Positions 1-13,155 of a stretch of 60,000 bases of DNA are shown one piece after another. This stretch comes from Lytechinus pictus. Taxonomy: Eukaryota. The DNA lies in NCBI RefSeq assembly GCF_037042905.1, contig NC_087245.1:30878001-30938000 (forward strand), in the 5' to 3' direction. The notes under the pieces were generated by a model. That model did no database searches and was not told the origin of the DNA. It saw only the letters and a program-made list of their open reading frames with translations. Position 1 is the first letter of the stretch; every line of letters starts with the position of its first letter. Both the position numbers and the translations under genes were made by a program.

Positions 1-1139
1 CCAACCTAAAATATACAAACACAATATGATTAAGAATGCAAATCAACTGAGGGGCATAATTTCATACAAAACACAATGGAAGCGAAAGATAGGATAGCAA
101 AACTTATAGTACAACATTGGAGAAGCAGTGAATTCATGGAGATTTTCGGGGGCTCTTTTGAGGGTTTTGGGGGGAAAATTGCCCCCAGCCCCAATGCATT
201 CCCCCCCCCCCCTGCTGGACATCCAGAGAGCATAGAATATGCACAATCTCAGAAATTCCAGGGCCTTCCTTTCAATTGGTTTGTCATTTACAAACTGTAT
301 TCTATTAGGTGTGGGCTATACATGGCTAAAAAATACTTCTTTTTTTTAATATGGCAACAGTTTTTTTTCTTATTTCCTTGTAATGTTTCTCAACATGAAA
401 CAATAAAAATTTTTGTCTTGGGTGCGAGAAAAAAGTGTGCTGGGCCAAAATTCAAAATGGCCGCCAAACCCCCACCCCCACCCCCAAAAAAAATCACAGT
501 TTTTGACTTTTGGCCACAATATCATTAATTGGTGATGTTTTTCTCTGGTTTTGGTGTCTATTCATATGTTATATGGGGCAGGCGATTTGTTTTTCCTAAA
601 ATCAGTACTTTAAAAAAATAATTTGTAAGTTAAAAGATGATTTAACCTAAATTTTAGGGCCTTTTTTAGCCAAAAATTACGCTCCATCGTCATGTGGTCC
701 TTGGATATTGGACGATATGAGTTTAACAATAGCAAGCAGCGTGATATTGCTTTTATTTCTCTTCTTTGGGTTTTACAGATATTTGCGAAATTATATATCT
801 TATTAAATATAAAAAAATGTCATTTATCCATAGGGGTAATACAGTTTACATGTCCAATGTACTGTACGTATACTGCACTGCATATGTATGTCCATGCATT
901 GACCAGCATGACATGGTATGTATATAAATTATAGAGTCATAGAAATTAGCTTCTGGGGTTTAGAATTAGATGCCTCAGAAATTGAAGATATAAAATGTTT
1001 TGTCTCAGAAATTGAAGACATGTTTTGTCAAATGTACAGGGGATGGAGAGAGGTAAATATCACTAACGATGGATTATAAATAGTCAACCCCACATGATGG
1101 CATTTACACTGTAGCTATTCTGGGCCCTGTTGCATTAAA

Positions 1140-4100
1140 GGCCCATTCTCCGATAAAGCGCTACAATTTGGATTGGTATAAGTAAAAAATCAACCACATA
1201 GAACTCATTAAAATAACATCTCATTTGAAACTTTAATGCTTGAACAACATGGAACAACAAACTGATGACTTTTAACATGTCAGCTTTTTACAGAAATTCA
1301 ACTGAAACATCACCCTTGAAAATTAGTATTAAACTGGCTAACAGATACGTTACCGCAAGTCCCTCGTACCAAAATTGTCATTTGTAGTGCAAATTTATAC
1401 AGCATACGTCCTATAACTTTTGTTATTGATAACTGCTGACCCCCTGCAAATAACAGGATTGGACACATGAGAAATCTATATGATAAAGACAACTGGAATG
1501 GCTAATTATAAGCTAACATCTTGGTTAAAGTGTTGGAAACAGGATTTATTGCCTTGTGAATTTCAAAACTAACTTTCTTTCGAGTGACTGGTCCAATAAC
1601 ATCGAGAAGGCATATCAAAGTACCATGAAATTAAAACTTTATTGACATAAAACATAATAAACAAAAAAGATGATAGACACAGAACCTTCAGACAAGGTAA
1701 TGACCCTTCAAATAATAACCATGTATGCGGTAACGTATCTGTTTCCAACATCTCTGTATTCAAATTTACCTCTTTATCAAGTTTAAGTCAGAATAAAGAA
1801 TAGAATAATGGAAATTCCTCAATATTTTAACTACTCCTAAAAATGCGACCTTATACCGCGAAGAAAAGATGCCCATATGAAATTATTCTGAAAAGAAAAT
1901 ACATTAATGGGATGCAGACATACTGTCCAAATGTTCGTTTTTATTGTCAGAATTTTGCTGGTTAATTCATATTTCATTTAAGTCATATTTACCAATCAAA
2001 TTAAATGTGTTTATAACTTGAAATTAATATCAATACTAAAATAAAACACAATTTCCATCCTCTGATTGGTAATTGATTTTACTTGAACATTGTGTGCACG
2101 GTAACGTATCTGTTCGTCATTTGAGATAAAAAAATACACAAGTTCCATCAAGTTTTACCTTAAGGCTTGAAGTATTAGGGATATTGTGAATGAAAGAAAC
2201 CAAGTTTACATGTTTACTTTTTAAAGAAGGAATTGAAATATAAGAAAGCGTTGAAATATATCACAAATGTGCGGAAAATATGTCAAAGCTCGTTTAAACT
2301 GAACCACGGTCACATAACACACCTTTCATACGCTATAACTGCTTGGTCTCTAAACGTGTTCTAAAAAATGTAACACTGTTCCAACTATAAACTTATATTG
2401 TGAAAATACGAATTCTTATTTAACATATTCAATAGCTCTAGTATCATAACCTCAACACTCAAACCTCAAAATTGTAAATTTGAATTTTTCACCCTTTATA
2501 ATGGATATCTCCAGTATCAAAGAATCGAAGAAATAAACAGATAAACTACTATAGGCTTAAATATACCTTCACGAAATTCACCAATGATTCACATTTCTAA
2601 TTTAGGAAAGTTAAGAATTTAATAACATGCCACCAACAGACGCAACACTGAATAAACCAAGGGAAATGTTATTTAACATAAAAACTAGTATATGCGCATC
2701 TTAACAAACGGGCCTTAAACTATCAGCATGCAGAGCTTCATTACACTTAGGCCTTAAATTGGTCTCAGTTTTTACTTCATCTGAAGAAATTATATAAAGG
2801 TTAATGTTCAGTATTTTCACTTCTAATAAAGATTTGAAGAAATTTATAACAAAAGGCTAGCCTCTTCTACAGTATGTGAATATTCAATTAATTTTAGTCT
2901 AAATAATTTCACGTTTCCTGCAATAAAGCGTTTATGTATAAACAGTGCATACAGTAGGTGATCTGTGTAGGTCCGAATCGTTGCATGTTGATTCTAGTTC
3001 AAATGATAAATACTGTTCAAAAGTCAAGCGAGGCAAACAGAGGAAATAATTTTTTTTGTAAGTCTAAAGCAATGAAAACCAGAACTGTATTATGTGAAAT
3101 TCACAAATATTTAGTGCTTCTTTTCCATATTCTGAATGAGATCCAGTGTTTCGCTTGGTATCTGAAAAAACCGCTCAGATTTTCCGATAGGAGTTGGAGG
3201 AGCTATTTTGAGGACTACATCCTTTAAGGGGATCCAAATCTCATCACATGGATGTGGCCACTTGAAGCTGGTACCTTGTTTAGATTGTACAGCAACCATG
3301 AAAGTCATCTGTGCATCCTGATCCTTTTCATCGACTTTAAGAACTCTAGCAACGTACCATTCGTTTGCGTACATTGCAGCTACAAACTCTCCTGCTGCCA
3401 CAGAGATACACTGATTGTCATTTGAAGTTGATGCCTCGTTTCTTTCATCCATGGTCATCGTTGGAGCTGATTCATTGTCACTGTCATTGGCGGTCATGAT
3501 TGGATCGTTGGAGGTCTGTGCTTTGGGTTTGAGTGTTCGCTTAACCCATCCTTCACATCTCCGGTTACCCTCAAGGCACTGAATACAGAAGCAGGACACA
3601 TTTCGTACAAGAATGGAATTGATGTCAGCAGGGACTACAGAATGCACTTTCATTGTCCCAGGTACTGCTTGGCAGTCGAATGAAGACATGATTTTTGATG
3701 CATCATTGTATTCATCCCTCGAATACATGACGTAGGTTATTTCTTTTTGGTTGTCGGCAGCCCATTTGAAGAAATCTGTGGCATCCTGGATAATGACTTT
3801 ACCTTGTTTAACAGCATCTGATGCCTGACGCTTAGCTGTTCCTCCGATGCCATCGCATACTCCTTTCCCATGGCCACATTCAAAATAGTTCCAGGTAGCC
3901 TCTACCTTAAACATCTCTCGATGCTTACAGATTGTCCTGAAGATAAACCTATTCCTGTACTGGGAGCTCGGACTGTCAGTCCAATAATGGACCTTTGTCA
4001 GTTGTGGGATATGTTCTCTAAGGAGAGGAACTAACTTGAGAAGTATGGCAACAACAGTTCTGGCATTGTGTTCACTGACGTCAGATACAAATACAAAGCT

Positions 4101-7100
4101 TTTGTGCTGCAGCTGATTTCCGTTGCCTTTGTAGTAAACAACAACTGGGTGGAGACTTACGCTTGTACTGTTCCAGTACGCACTTTGAATTTCATCTGCG
4201 TTTTGGCACACAAAATTTTCCGAGAAGTCCATTTGGACAACTGCCTGATTCTGTGGGAGATTGGACTTTAGCTCGGACAAAGCATGGAACTGTTGTCTTA
4301 TCCTATCTACATGCGCCAGGAAGGATGTGTATTCTCTTGTCATCATTTCTATGAAGTCGTCTCTACTCTTATTTTCCTTCTCTATTCTCATTTTCTTTCT
4401 TCCACTGACATCTACTTTCTTCCAGATTTCATATTCGAGTTCAGTTGATTCATCTAGCTGTGATATCATTTCCTTCATTTTTTCAACTTTGACTGTCTTG
4501 CTGGTTGATTCTGGATTGACCGAAACATCAAGACCCAGTGAATTGAGACATTTGAGTTTGAATGCCATGTTCTGGTGAATTGTACAGAGACACGTACTTC
4601 GAGAAAGAAATGAAGTCAACTTAACATGAGCTGGTCTCAGCTTTGCAAACTTTGAGAAAGAAATTTTGGTTTCAGGGTGATCAGAATGAAACTTTGCATA
4701 GATATTGCTCAAGTAATCTGTGAGGATACGATTTTGAGACTTCTGATGATTCTCATTGGTTGTTGCATCTTTTTTTCCTGGCATACATCGGCTGATATCA
4801 TCTCTTTGAAAGTAGGAGACGACTGTCTCTTTGATTTGTTGTCTTATTGCTGCATTCCTTGGACGTCGCTGGTCTGTGTTCAGTAATGTGCCATGTCTAA
4901 TGCCGGTGTTTCTGTGAATCAAAGCCAAGCATCTGTACTTCTTGAGAACTTTTCCGGATGCTACGACATTTCTAAATTCTCGTTTCTTGTTTTGGTTTGA
5001 CGCGTTGCTGTATGACTGCTTAATGTGGTAAGCAATTACATTTGCAAATTGAAGCTTTCTCCGAATACGTCCAGGTAAAGATTTGGTTCCCAGGTTTGCC
5101 TGTCTAAGTTCTTCCTTTGTTTTGCTTCTTGGTGTCATAGATTCAATGGTTTTATCAGAAGATTTGTTCTGCTTCTTAACAAGCCTCTCGTAACGTTTCT
5201 GTACTCTTTTCAGGTTCCTTTGTAGCAGGACATTCTGCGATGTCAACTCTTCTATGGATCTATTGGCCCGTTTTAGTGCCCTTGATCTTCTTTTCTTTTT
5301 ATCTGTCTTAGGAAAGGGAAGTTGGACTACAAGTTTATTCGATTCAGAAGATCTAGACCTGCTTTTGCTAGATGTCAGGATGACAAGGTTAGGAGACACC
5401 GGGGAGGTAGCAACATTAGCCTTTCTCCTAGTCCTATAAGCTTTGCAGTGCTCACGACTCCTTTTCCTTCGTTCCTTTAAGGCTGACTGGTTCAACTGTG
5501 AAGCAGGAACACGATAGTATGCTTGTCGTTTCCTCTCTTTTTCAAGGAATTTGGGGTCTCTTTTCTTCTTCCTCTCTCTATAGGCCCTCTGGATTTCGGC
5601 TCTCGTTTTCCCCATCTAAAAATAAATTGGAAACTATAGTGTGTAAAAGTAGTTTGCTAAGGGCATAGGGTGTGTAGGTGTGTGCGTGGGTAAATGTGTG
5701 GGTGTGGGTGTGTACGTGTGTTTGGCATGGCCGGTTTTGGGGGTGTCAGTGTGTATTGCAATTCAATTATAAAGCATGTCAGTAAATAAATACTTGTATG
5801 AAACTAGTATCAGACTGAAATTAAATACCATTGATTTATTACGTTTCGTAAAATAGTCAAGTATATTGCATAAAAATAAACATTTTTATCTGTAATAATT
5901 GTTAATATGAACTTATAATTGCAGAATGTTGAAAACTAAAGTGTTAATATATCTCATCTTCATATCGCGGCATGCAAAATGACAGGAAATGCACAAACAC
6001 TTATGCGACAGATACGTTACCACACTGAACAGATACGTTACCGGTATTAAGTTGTGGATAAGTTAGTGTGCCCACGGTCTACACGTAAAGGGCTGTGTGT
6101 ATATCATCGTATACAAATGGAACTTCTCACATCAAATCATTTATATATGTAAAGATATCTAATTTCTATTTAATTATTTTACATAGAGACTAAATATAAA
6201 ATGAAAACAATTCAGAAATTATCTTTGAATTTACTTACCGTATGTCATGTATGTGCTTGCAGAAAATAGACAGAAAACAGCTTAGATGCTAGAAAATAAA
6301 GCCCCAGAAATACCACGTGTCGAAATGAAAAATCACGTGTTCAAGCTCCTGCGTTTTCTCATTGTTGCGCGTAGGACTTGCTTGCGCGTGCAAAGGTGGA
6401 AAATTCTTGGTAACGTATATGTCGTCACGTATCTGGTAGTCGTTTTATTCTTTGTGGATTTCAAAGAGTAATATATATATTTAGGCAACTACTCTCGTAT
6501 CACGATTTCATCAACTGGTAATTGAAACATTTTTATAGGAATCATTTGTTGTTATTCATTATCACTTTGATATTTATGGAAAGTATGGGTAACGTATCTG
6601 TCGTAAGAGAAACGCTCCACAGGCCTTTTTGGAAAAGATGCCCCTTTCTTTAAATAATAAAAGAAAGAGAACTGGAGTTGCTTCCTGTATTATGACCATT
6701 AAATTATCATAATTTATTTCGTATAAACAGTTATTTTGATCAAGTAATAGCCTGTTTTAAAAAGAGTTTAAGAAAAATGGTAACGTATCTGTTCAGTTTT
6801 TGGCGACAGACCATCAGACGGCTGATAACAAAAAATGTTAAAATGTAGTTATGTATAACTGTGTTATAATTTTATACATTAGCGTGGACTAATGAAAAAT
6901 ATTAGTAATCATTGAGTTAATGCCTCTCTGTAGTCATGAGGAGCATAAAAGTTGATCTTCATCGTGCTGGCGACATGGGGTTTTTGGAGGTTACCCTTCA
7001 TTCAGAGTTGTGTGATGTGATACTGCTTTTACTTTAGTGGAAAGTGTCAACCAGTTTTAAGACATGACACCTCAGGGTTAAGTTGACATTGATAGATATT

Positions 7101-7189
7101 CGTAATGGATACAAAAAGGAATAGAAACACGCCCATATATGCTGGCGACAAGATTCTCAGAAATATAGCGCTTTATCGGAGAATGGGCC
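1140..7189 (-). mobile_element. Autonomous-looking Sola2-type cut-and-paste DNA transposon (6050 bp)
   Basis: Perfect 24-bp TIR GGCCCATTCTCCGATAAAGCGCTA (1140-1163; reverse complement 7166-7189). 4-bp TSD TAAA (1136-1139, 7190-7193). Single internal transposase ORF. About 8 subterminal copies of GGTAACGTATCTGT. Confidence 0.9.
3111..5615 (-). CDS. DDD/E-type transposase, Sola2-like (834 aa)
   Basis: Uninterrupted ORF inside the TIRs. Motifs VQMDFSENF, EIQSAYW, WTDSPSSQYRN and GHGKGVCDGIGG..KR give a catalytic acidic triad that I recognise as Sola2. Also a basic/coiled-coil N-terminus, CxC/CxCxxC motifs and a C-terminal beta-rich Tudor-like segment. Confidence 0.85.
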   Translation of the reverse strand: MGKTRAEIQRAYRERKKKRDPKFLEKERKRQAYYRVPASQLNQSALKERRKRSREHCKAYRTRRKANVATSPVSPNLVILTSSKSRSRSSESNKLVVQLPFPKTDKKKRRSRALKRANRSIEELTSQNVLLQRNLKRVQKRYERLVKKQNKSSDKTIESMTPRSKTKEELRQANLGTKSLPGRIRRKLQFANVIAYHIKQSYSNASNQNKKREFRNVVASGKVLKKYRCLALIHRNTGIRHGTLLNTDQRRPRNAAIRQQIKETVVSYFQRDDISRCMPGKKDATTNENHQKSQNRILTDYLSNIYAKFHSDHPETKISFSKFAKLRPAHVKLTSFLSRSTCLCTIHQNMAFKLKCLNSLGLDVSVNPESTSKTVKVEKMKEMISQLDESTELEYEIWKKVDVSGRKKMRIEKENKSRDDFIEMMTREYTSFLAHVDRIRQQFHALSELKSNLPQNQAVVQMDFSENFVCQNADEIQSAYWNSTSVSLHPVVVYYKGNGNQLQHKSFVFVSDVSEHNARTVVAILLKLVPLLREHIPQLTKVHYWTDSPSSQYRNRFIFRTICKHREMFKVEATWNYFECGHGKGVCDGIGGTAKRQASDAVKQGKVIIQDATDFFKWAADNQKEITYVMYSRDEYNDASKIMSSFDCQAVPGTMKVHSVVPADINSILVRNVSCFCIQCLEGNRRCEGWVKRTLKPKAQTSNDPIMTANDSDNESAPTMTMDERNEASTSNDNQCISVAAGEFVAAMYANEWYVARVLKVDEKDQDAQMTFMVAVQSKQGTSFKWPHPCDEIWIPLKDVVLKIAPPTPIGKSERFFQIPSETLDLIQNMEKKH

Positions 7190-7552
7190 TAAACTTACCA
7201 TGGTTACTTTGACATCCAATAGTAACTTGCAAGGAATCCTTGATTCTTATTGGCTGTTGATCAGCATTACCATGGTAAGACCCTATAAACATAGGGTTAG
7301 ACACCAAAACCAGGTAAAAAAAGAAACCTCCAAATGAAGGAGATATGGCTAAAAAAAGTGATGTACATGATGTTTATGCGCAATTTATATTACATCGGGT
7401 CACATGTACATCAGCTGACAAGCAATCAAATTCTCAATTCACAACCTAATTCTAAATGACAGGATAGATTATATACATGTACAGGCCTTGTTATATGTCA
7501 CGGTGGTCAATGCATGGATATATGCAGTACATGTACTTTAATATGTAAAGAT

Positions 7553-7730
7553 GGAGGTGGTGTGGCAGAGAGGTCTAAGGCGCCTGACTCAAAGTCAGGG
7601 GTTCGATCCCCGGCCACAGCACCTATGCCCGTGAGCAAGGCATCTAATCGACAGTGCTCTTTTATCCTGCATTCAAATAAATGGAAATGCTATATAGATG
7701 CATCTTGTTAACTAGGTGTGCACACACTGT
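7553..7730 (+). mobile_element. tRNA-derived SINE
   Basis: A box TGGCAGAGAGG and B box GGTTCGATCCC, then the SINE body GCCCGTGAGCAAGGCAT. No complete cloverleaf. End approximate. Confidence 0.65.
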
Positions 7731-8627
7731 GCAAGAAACTGGGGCCAGTCCAACGGTCCCAGACCAGTAAAATTTGCTGTCCGGCCAGTAAATTTTCAGA
7801 ATTAGCCAGATTTACTGGTCCGACATGACCAGTAAAATATATCAAACTGATAGTGATACAATTGATATTTCTCTTCTATTGTAAATTATAAAAATGTCTC
7901 TGGCATCTTAAAAAAAATGGCTCTCCAAAATTGAGCAATGGCTTATGGTGTGTGTGTGTGTAGGCCTACTGTTTTTTTTTCAAGGGGGGGGGGGGGGGCA
8001 ATAAAAAAAAAGCAAATAAAAGACAGCACAATAAACTCAGGTCTTTTTTATGTTTTTTCTTTATTTTGGGGACCAGTAAATTTTAGGTTGGGACTACTAA
8101 AAAAATGGAAAAACTGGGTTTTTTTACTGGTCCGACATGAACAGGTTGGACCAGTAGTAACAAAGCGTTAGTGTGGAGCCCTTGGCACACACATGAAAAT
8201 GTCCATAATTAGAGCGTGGTAATGATGAGGAAGGAACACATTACCATTCAATATCAGGTACTACAATTGGGTCACTTTACATTGCTCTCCCCCCCCCCCC
8301 ATTTCCTGTAGTGTGCAATGTACAATGTAAGCTCCAGGGCTTTAGGCTGTCAAATGTAACATTCAGTATTAAATCCAATATGGCAATATCCTGAAATAGT
8401 TGGCCATTTTATAATCAAAGGGTTAATATACAGTGTACAATGTATTTAGCATACATGTACACACTTCTGTATGCAGATATACATTGTACCCCAAATCAAC
8501 ATCCCGATCACATTTGAAGATTTATCTGCCAGATGGAACGGGGGAGAGAGGAGAAATAGAAGAGTACATGTATCTCATGATAATGAAGATAGTGATAAAG
8601 ATTTTGATTGATTGATTTATTGATTGA

Positions 8628-9250
8628 CAGGGTTGGCAATTTTTTTCTATAGTTTTTTTTTAATTAAATAAAATCAGATTTACTTTATTTAAATCAGATT
8701 TTTTTTACTTAATTCAGATTAATTTTTAAACAAAAAATTTCAAAACAATGTGCAAACACCTAAAATATAATCCTTCACCCAGACACAAACTTTGAAATAA
8801 TAGATTTCAATACTAATATCATTCTTAGCTTTTTATTTCATCATCAAATCAAGTCAAACTAGAATTTATAGAAAATATCATTATCAACGTCATGAAGACG
8901 CTGACAATTTCTGCTGTTTCGGCGTCCTCTGATGTAGGGAGCTCCTACTGACTGGTTCAATCCAAATTGATGAACTGTCTTGGTACAGTTAATGCTGCAT
9001 AGTTGGTGTTCCTATTCAAAGCTCTTAACATGGAATGAGGATCAGTTTCTTTGGAAGAATTCCATGACTCTGAGACTCATATTCTCCAAAGAGAAGCATT
9101 TTCTTATTTTCAAGCCATGGACTGAAGATCATATGTTAAAGAAGACTGCATTTATTTTTTGTTTGTTCAAACCTCCTTTGTTCTTTGAGCCATACATGTA
9201 GACTGACTGTTTCAAAGCATTGACTTGCAAAGCTCTGACCGATTGGAAAA
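8628..9250. mobile_element. Degraded hAT-like DNA transposon remnant
   Basis: CAGGGTTGG terminus-like start at about 8628 and a broken peptide AA*LVFLFKALN near 8995-9030 resembling a hAT transposase C-terminus. Boundaries approximate. Confidence 0.3.
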
Positions 9251-9666
9251 AAAATTGCAATTTGATCTGAATGATTTCTTTAACTTTAACGTTAAACCTA
9301 AATATAATTTTTTATTGATTTATTTATTGATATATTCATATTCCACAATCATCAAAGTACATTTATAATAAATCATTTTAACACTGAAAAAAATGCATAA
9401 CACACAGGATTGAAACGTAGCAATGAAATGAAAAAAGTGGAGGGGCCTACTAAAAAGCAAAGCTTGTAAAATGTAGACCCCCTATCAAAATTTTATACAA
9501 GGGTAATATGATATAAGTAGAGTAAAATAATCAGCAAAATTCTATAAAATTATATATAAACACTGTAACACAAATGTATTTACACTATATACAAAATTAA
9601 ATATTGACTTTAAAATAATCAATACTACCGTGGGTAAGTATGAGGTTCACAAAATATTTGATTGAA

Positions 9667-12600
9667 TCAATAAGAATTCAGAATAAATTTTTTGATGAGT
9701 AATTTAAATCGGTTTAGATTAGCTGCCTCTTTTATTACTCTGTCCAGAGAATTCCAGAGTTTTGGTCCTGTGAAAAATACAGTTTTGCTAGAAAATACTG
9801 TTCTACTTTTGGGTAAGTGATAGTCATTTGAATGTCTCGTATTATATGAATGTAAAGTATTGTTTCTCATAAATTTCTTTTGTAGGACATTAGGTACGCT
9901 ATTTCTATCTAGCTGATACATGAATTGGAATAGTTGCAAGCGGTACAGGTCATTGACTTTAAGGATACGTTTATGACGAAACAATTCATCTGTATGAGCT
10001 CTAAAGGACATATTGCATATTATTCTCAGTACTTTTTTCTGAAGTAGCAAGACTTTATTGAGTCTCGTTTGAGAGGCATTACCCCATGCCAGAATTCCAT
10101 AATTAAGATATGGTAGAATTAATGCACAATACAACATGGATAGCGCCTGTGCTGGAAGAGCGTTTTTAAGCTTATTGATGACTCCAATATTTCTTGCCAC
10201 AGTTTTGCAAATATTGTTGATATGAGCATTCCACGTAAGCTTGTGATCAATAGTAAGACCTTAGAAGAATTTTGTTGTTTGCACTTCTTTGATTTCAGTA
10301 TTATCTAAAAGTATTTGATGCGGTAGATGTTTCAATGAATGACTAAAAAGCATATAATTAGTTTTTTGCAGATTCAATGACAGTTTGTTGGCTTTAATCC
10401 AGTTTGTTACTTTTTTTAATTCTGCATTCATAGTGCTCACAAGTACATGTGGATCATGATGTGTAAAGAAAATATTGGAATCATCAGCAAAGAGAATAAA
10501 TGAGAGAACATGAGATGAATTTTTCATATCATTAACATAAAGTACAAATAGCAAAGGGCCAAGAATACTACCTTGTGGAATTCCACAGGAAACTGGTCTT
10601 GTTGGAGATTCTGATTCATTTACTGTAACAAACTGAATTCTATCAGTAAGATAACTCCTAAACCATTGTAAAGCTGTCCCTCTGATACCGTAATTTGATA
10701 GCTTACATAATAGTATTTCATGATCTATTGTATCAAACGCTTTTGAGAAGTCGAGGAATAACCCTACGGTGTGATCAGAATCGTCAAAAGAAGTAGATAT
10801 TTTATTTATTAATGTCAATATAGCATGAGTTGTATTATGTTTTTCTCTAAAACCGAATTGATTATCACATATAATACTATATTTCTTCAGGAAAGCAACT
10901 GTCCTTTTATAAATTATCCTTTCAATAATTTTTGAGAACGAAGTTAACAAAGATATTGGGCGGTAATTACTAGTAATTAATTGGTCTCCCTTCTTGAAAA
11001 TGGGTATAACTTTAGCTATTTTCATCTTCTTTGGGACCTGGCCAAGCTGCAACGATAAATTAAATATATGAAGCAGAGGATCAGCAAGAGAATGTATAAT
11101 GTTTTTCACAACTCTATTTGTAATGCCATCATAACCGGGAGTCTTTTCTGCTTTCAAATTAAATACAATCTCAAGTAATTCTTCTCTATGAACTGGAGTA
11201 AGAAATATTGAACTTTCATTTTGTTTATCCAAAAAGTCCTTAAACGAATTTTCTACAGGCATAATATTTCCAGCTAACTTTGGTCCAATTTGAGAGAAAT
11301 ATGTATTAAATTCATTTGCTATAGAATGAGTATCTTCAACCATATTTCCATCTACACATAATTTATGAACAGCACTAGATTTGTTAATTTTGTTTAGGGC
11401 CCCATTTATTGTTTTCCATGTATTTTTAAGGTCGTTTTTATATGAATTTAATTTTTCTGAATAAAACCTCTTTTTTGCTATTCGGAGAGTAGTTGTTAAG
11501 GTATTTTTATAAGACGTGTATCTATTCCTTGAAATATCATTTGGATTTGATATATAAGAAACATACAGATTATTTTTCCGATTTATAGACCTTAATATCA
11601 ATTTTGAAACTCATGGGAGCTTTGGAACACGTTTATAATCGTTATTTCGATATTTCTTTAAAGGAACACAAGAATCTAAGCAGTCATTGAAAGATTTCAA
11701 AAATATGTCAAATGAGTCATCGACATTCACATTCGAGTTATAAACGTCAGACCAATCAACAGAGCTTAAATCTTCTTGAAGGCGTTCAATATTTTTATCA
11801 CTAAAGTTGCGACAGATCCTATATTTCTTTTCCATTTTTGCGAGTGATTGCATTGTTTGGATACGGGTAAAAATAAGAAAATGATCGGATATGTCTGTCG
11901 TTACAATGCCAGCTTTCGGAAGAGGATGAGAGTTACAGAATATATTATCTATAAGCGTAGCAGAATGATCAGTAATACGGGTTGGTCTAATAATAGGCAA
12001 AAAAGTAGAAGATAACATTAATTCAAGGAAATCATTTGTTAAAGAGTGATTACTGGTCAAGAGATTAATATTGAAATCACCAGTGATGATACAATTGTTA
12101 TTTATCAATTCTCTGTTTTGCAAAAGTTCATTAGTAGCAAGTAAAAAATCTTCTATACAAGAAGTTTGAGGAGGTCTGTAGATGACACCTATTAGAGTTT
12201 TCCTATCTATTTGAATTTTTACTTCTACAAATAAGGATTCGATGATTTTATTCATATATTCAAATTCATGTCTAATTGCATAATCAAATGAAGACGGAAT
12301 ATATAATGCTAGTCCACCTCCAATTTTATTTTTCCTATTGTTTATAACAATATCATAATTCGGGAGGGTGCATAAGGAATTCGGGGTTTCCGTGAACCAA
12401 GTTTCAGTAAGAGCAATAATTGGGGGATTGGCAAACTGTGTATTTTCTAATAATAATCGTAATTTCTCGAAGTTTTGGTTAGCGCTTCTTATATTCAAAT
12501 GCAAAATAAAAACATCATCTTCTCCAATCAATTTAGCATAGTCTTTGAATGAAGTTTCTGTATAATATGGAGAAGAGGAAAGATTGTATGCTTTATCATG

Positions 12601-12774
12601 AATATCGAATTCAACTTGAAGTTCATCAAAATTATTTGTAAGAATATCAGTAGAAAATCTATCAAATGGAGTATGATGATTTGAGATAACATTGCTTTTA
12701 TCTTGATGATTTAGTAATAAGAAATCATCATTATTCAGATGATAAAAGGGGAAATCACGCATATTATCCACCAT
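9667..12774 (-). pseudogene. LINE ORF2 (AP endonuclease + reverse transcriptase) with two in-frame stop codons
   Basis: Three ORF-track pieces lie in one frame. APE motifs HLNIRS, LTETW, GDFNIN, LIDNIF, SDH. RT motifs NYRPISLL, LDFSKAFDT, GIPQGSILGP, FADD. Stops at 11611-11613 (KLP*VSK) and 10261-10263 (KFF*GL). Confidence 0.88.
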
Positions 12775-13155
12775 TATGAAATATAATATATTGCAATTTT
12801 AAAACAAAATCTTTGTAAGCTAAGCATATAAAGCATTTTTTAGATTTGATACCATCATGACCCAAAATTCGAGTTCGGAAAATACTACAGTTGTAATAGT
12901 TAACAAAATAAAGATTATCTAATACAATTATTAACGGGCGATGAAGAATATTTGCACACAAAAATAAATAAAATGACCTCCATAAAATGTCTGGTATTGA
13001 AACATTATTGAAAGGGCAGTGAAGGAATGCAAAATATACCACGGAAAATAACACAGATATTGAACAATGCGAAAAATTTTGGGACGAGAATTTCATAATA
13101 AATGAAAAGAATACTGGAAAATCGAATAACATGGAATGGATGAAGGATAGTCCTA

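Noticed and set aside
1..700. 150-aa ORF at 76-528 and overlapping short ORFs
   Set aside because: Low-complexity, repeat-derived sequence (poly-C/poly-T tracts) with no protein-like motifs.
7553..7620. tRNA gene candidates here and at about 21900-21969, 32373-32445 and 38875-38935
   Set aside because: A and B boxes are present, but the cloverleaves are incomplete and most run into SINE bodies and tails.
10261..11613. Programmed readthrough or alternative genetic code in LINE ORF2
   Set aside because: The two stops differ (TGA, TAA), and TGA ends the SLC17 genes normally. Mutation is the simpler explanation.
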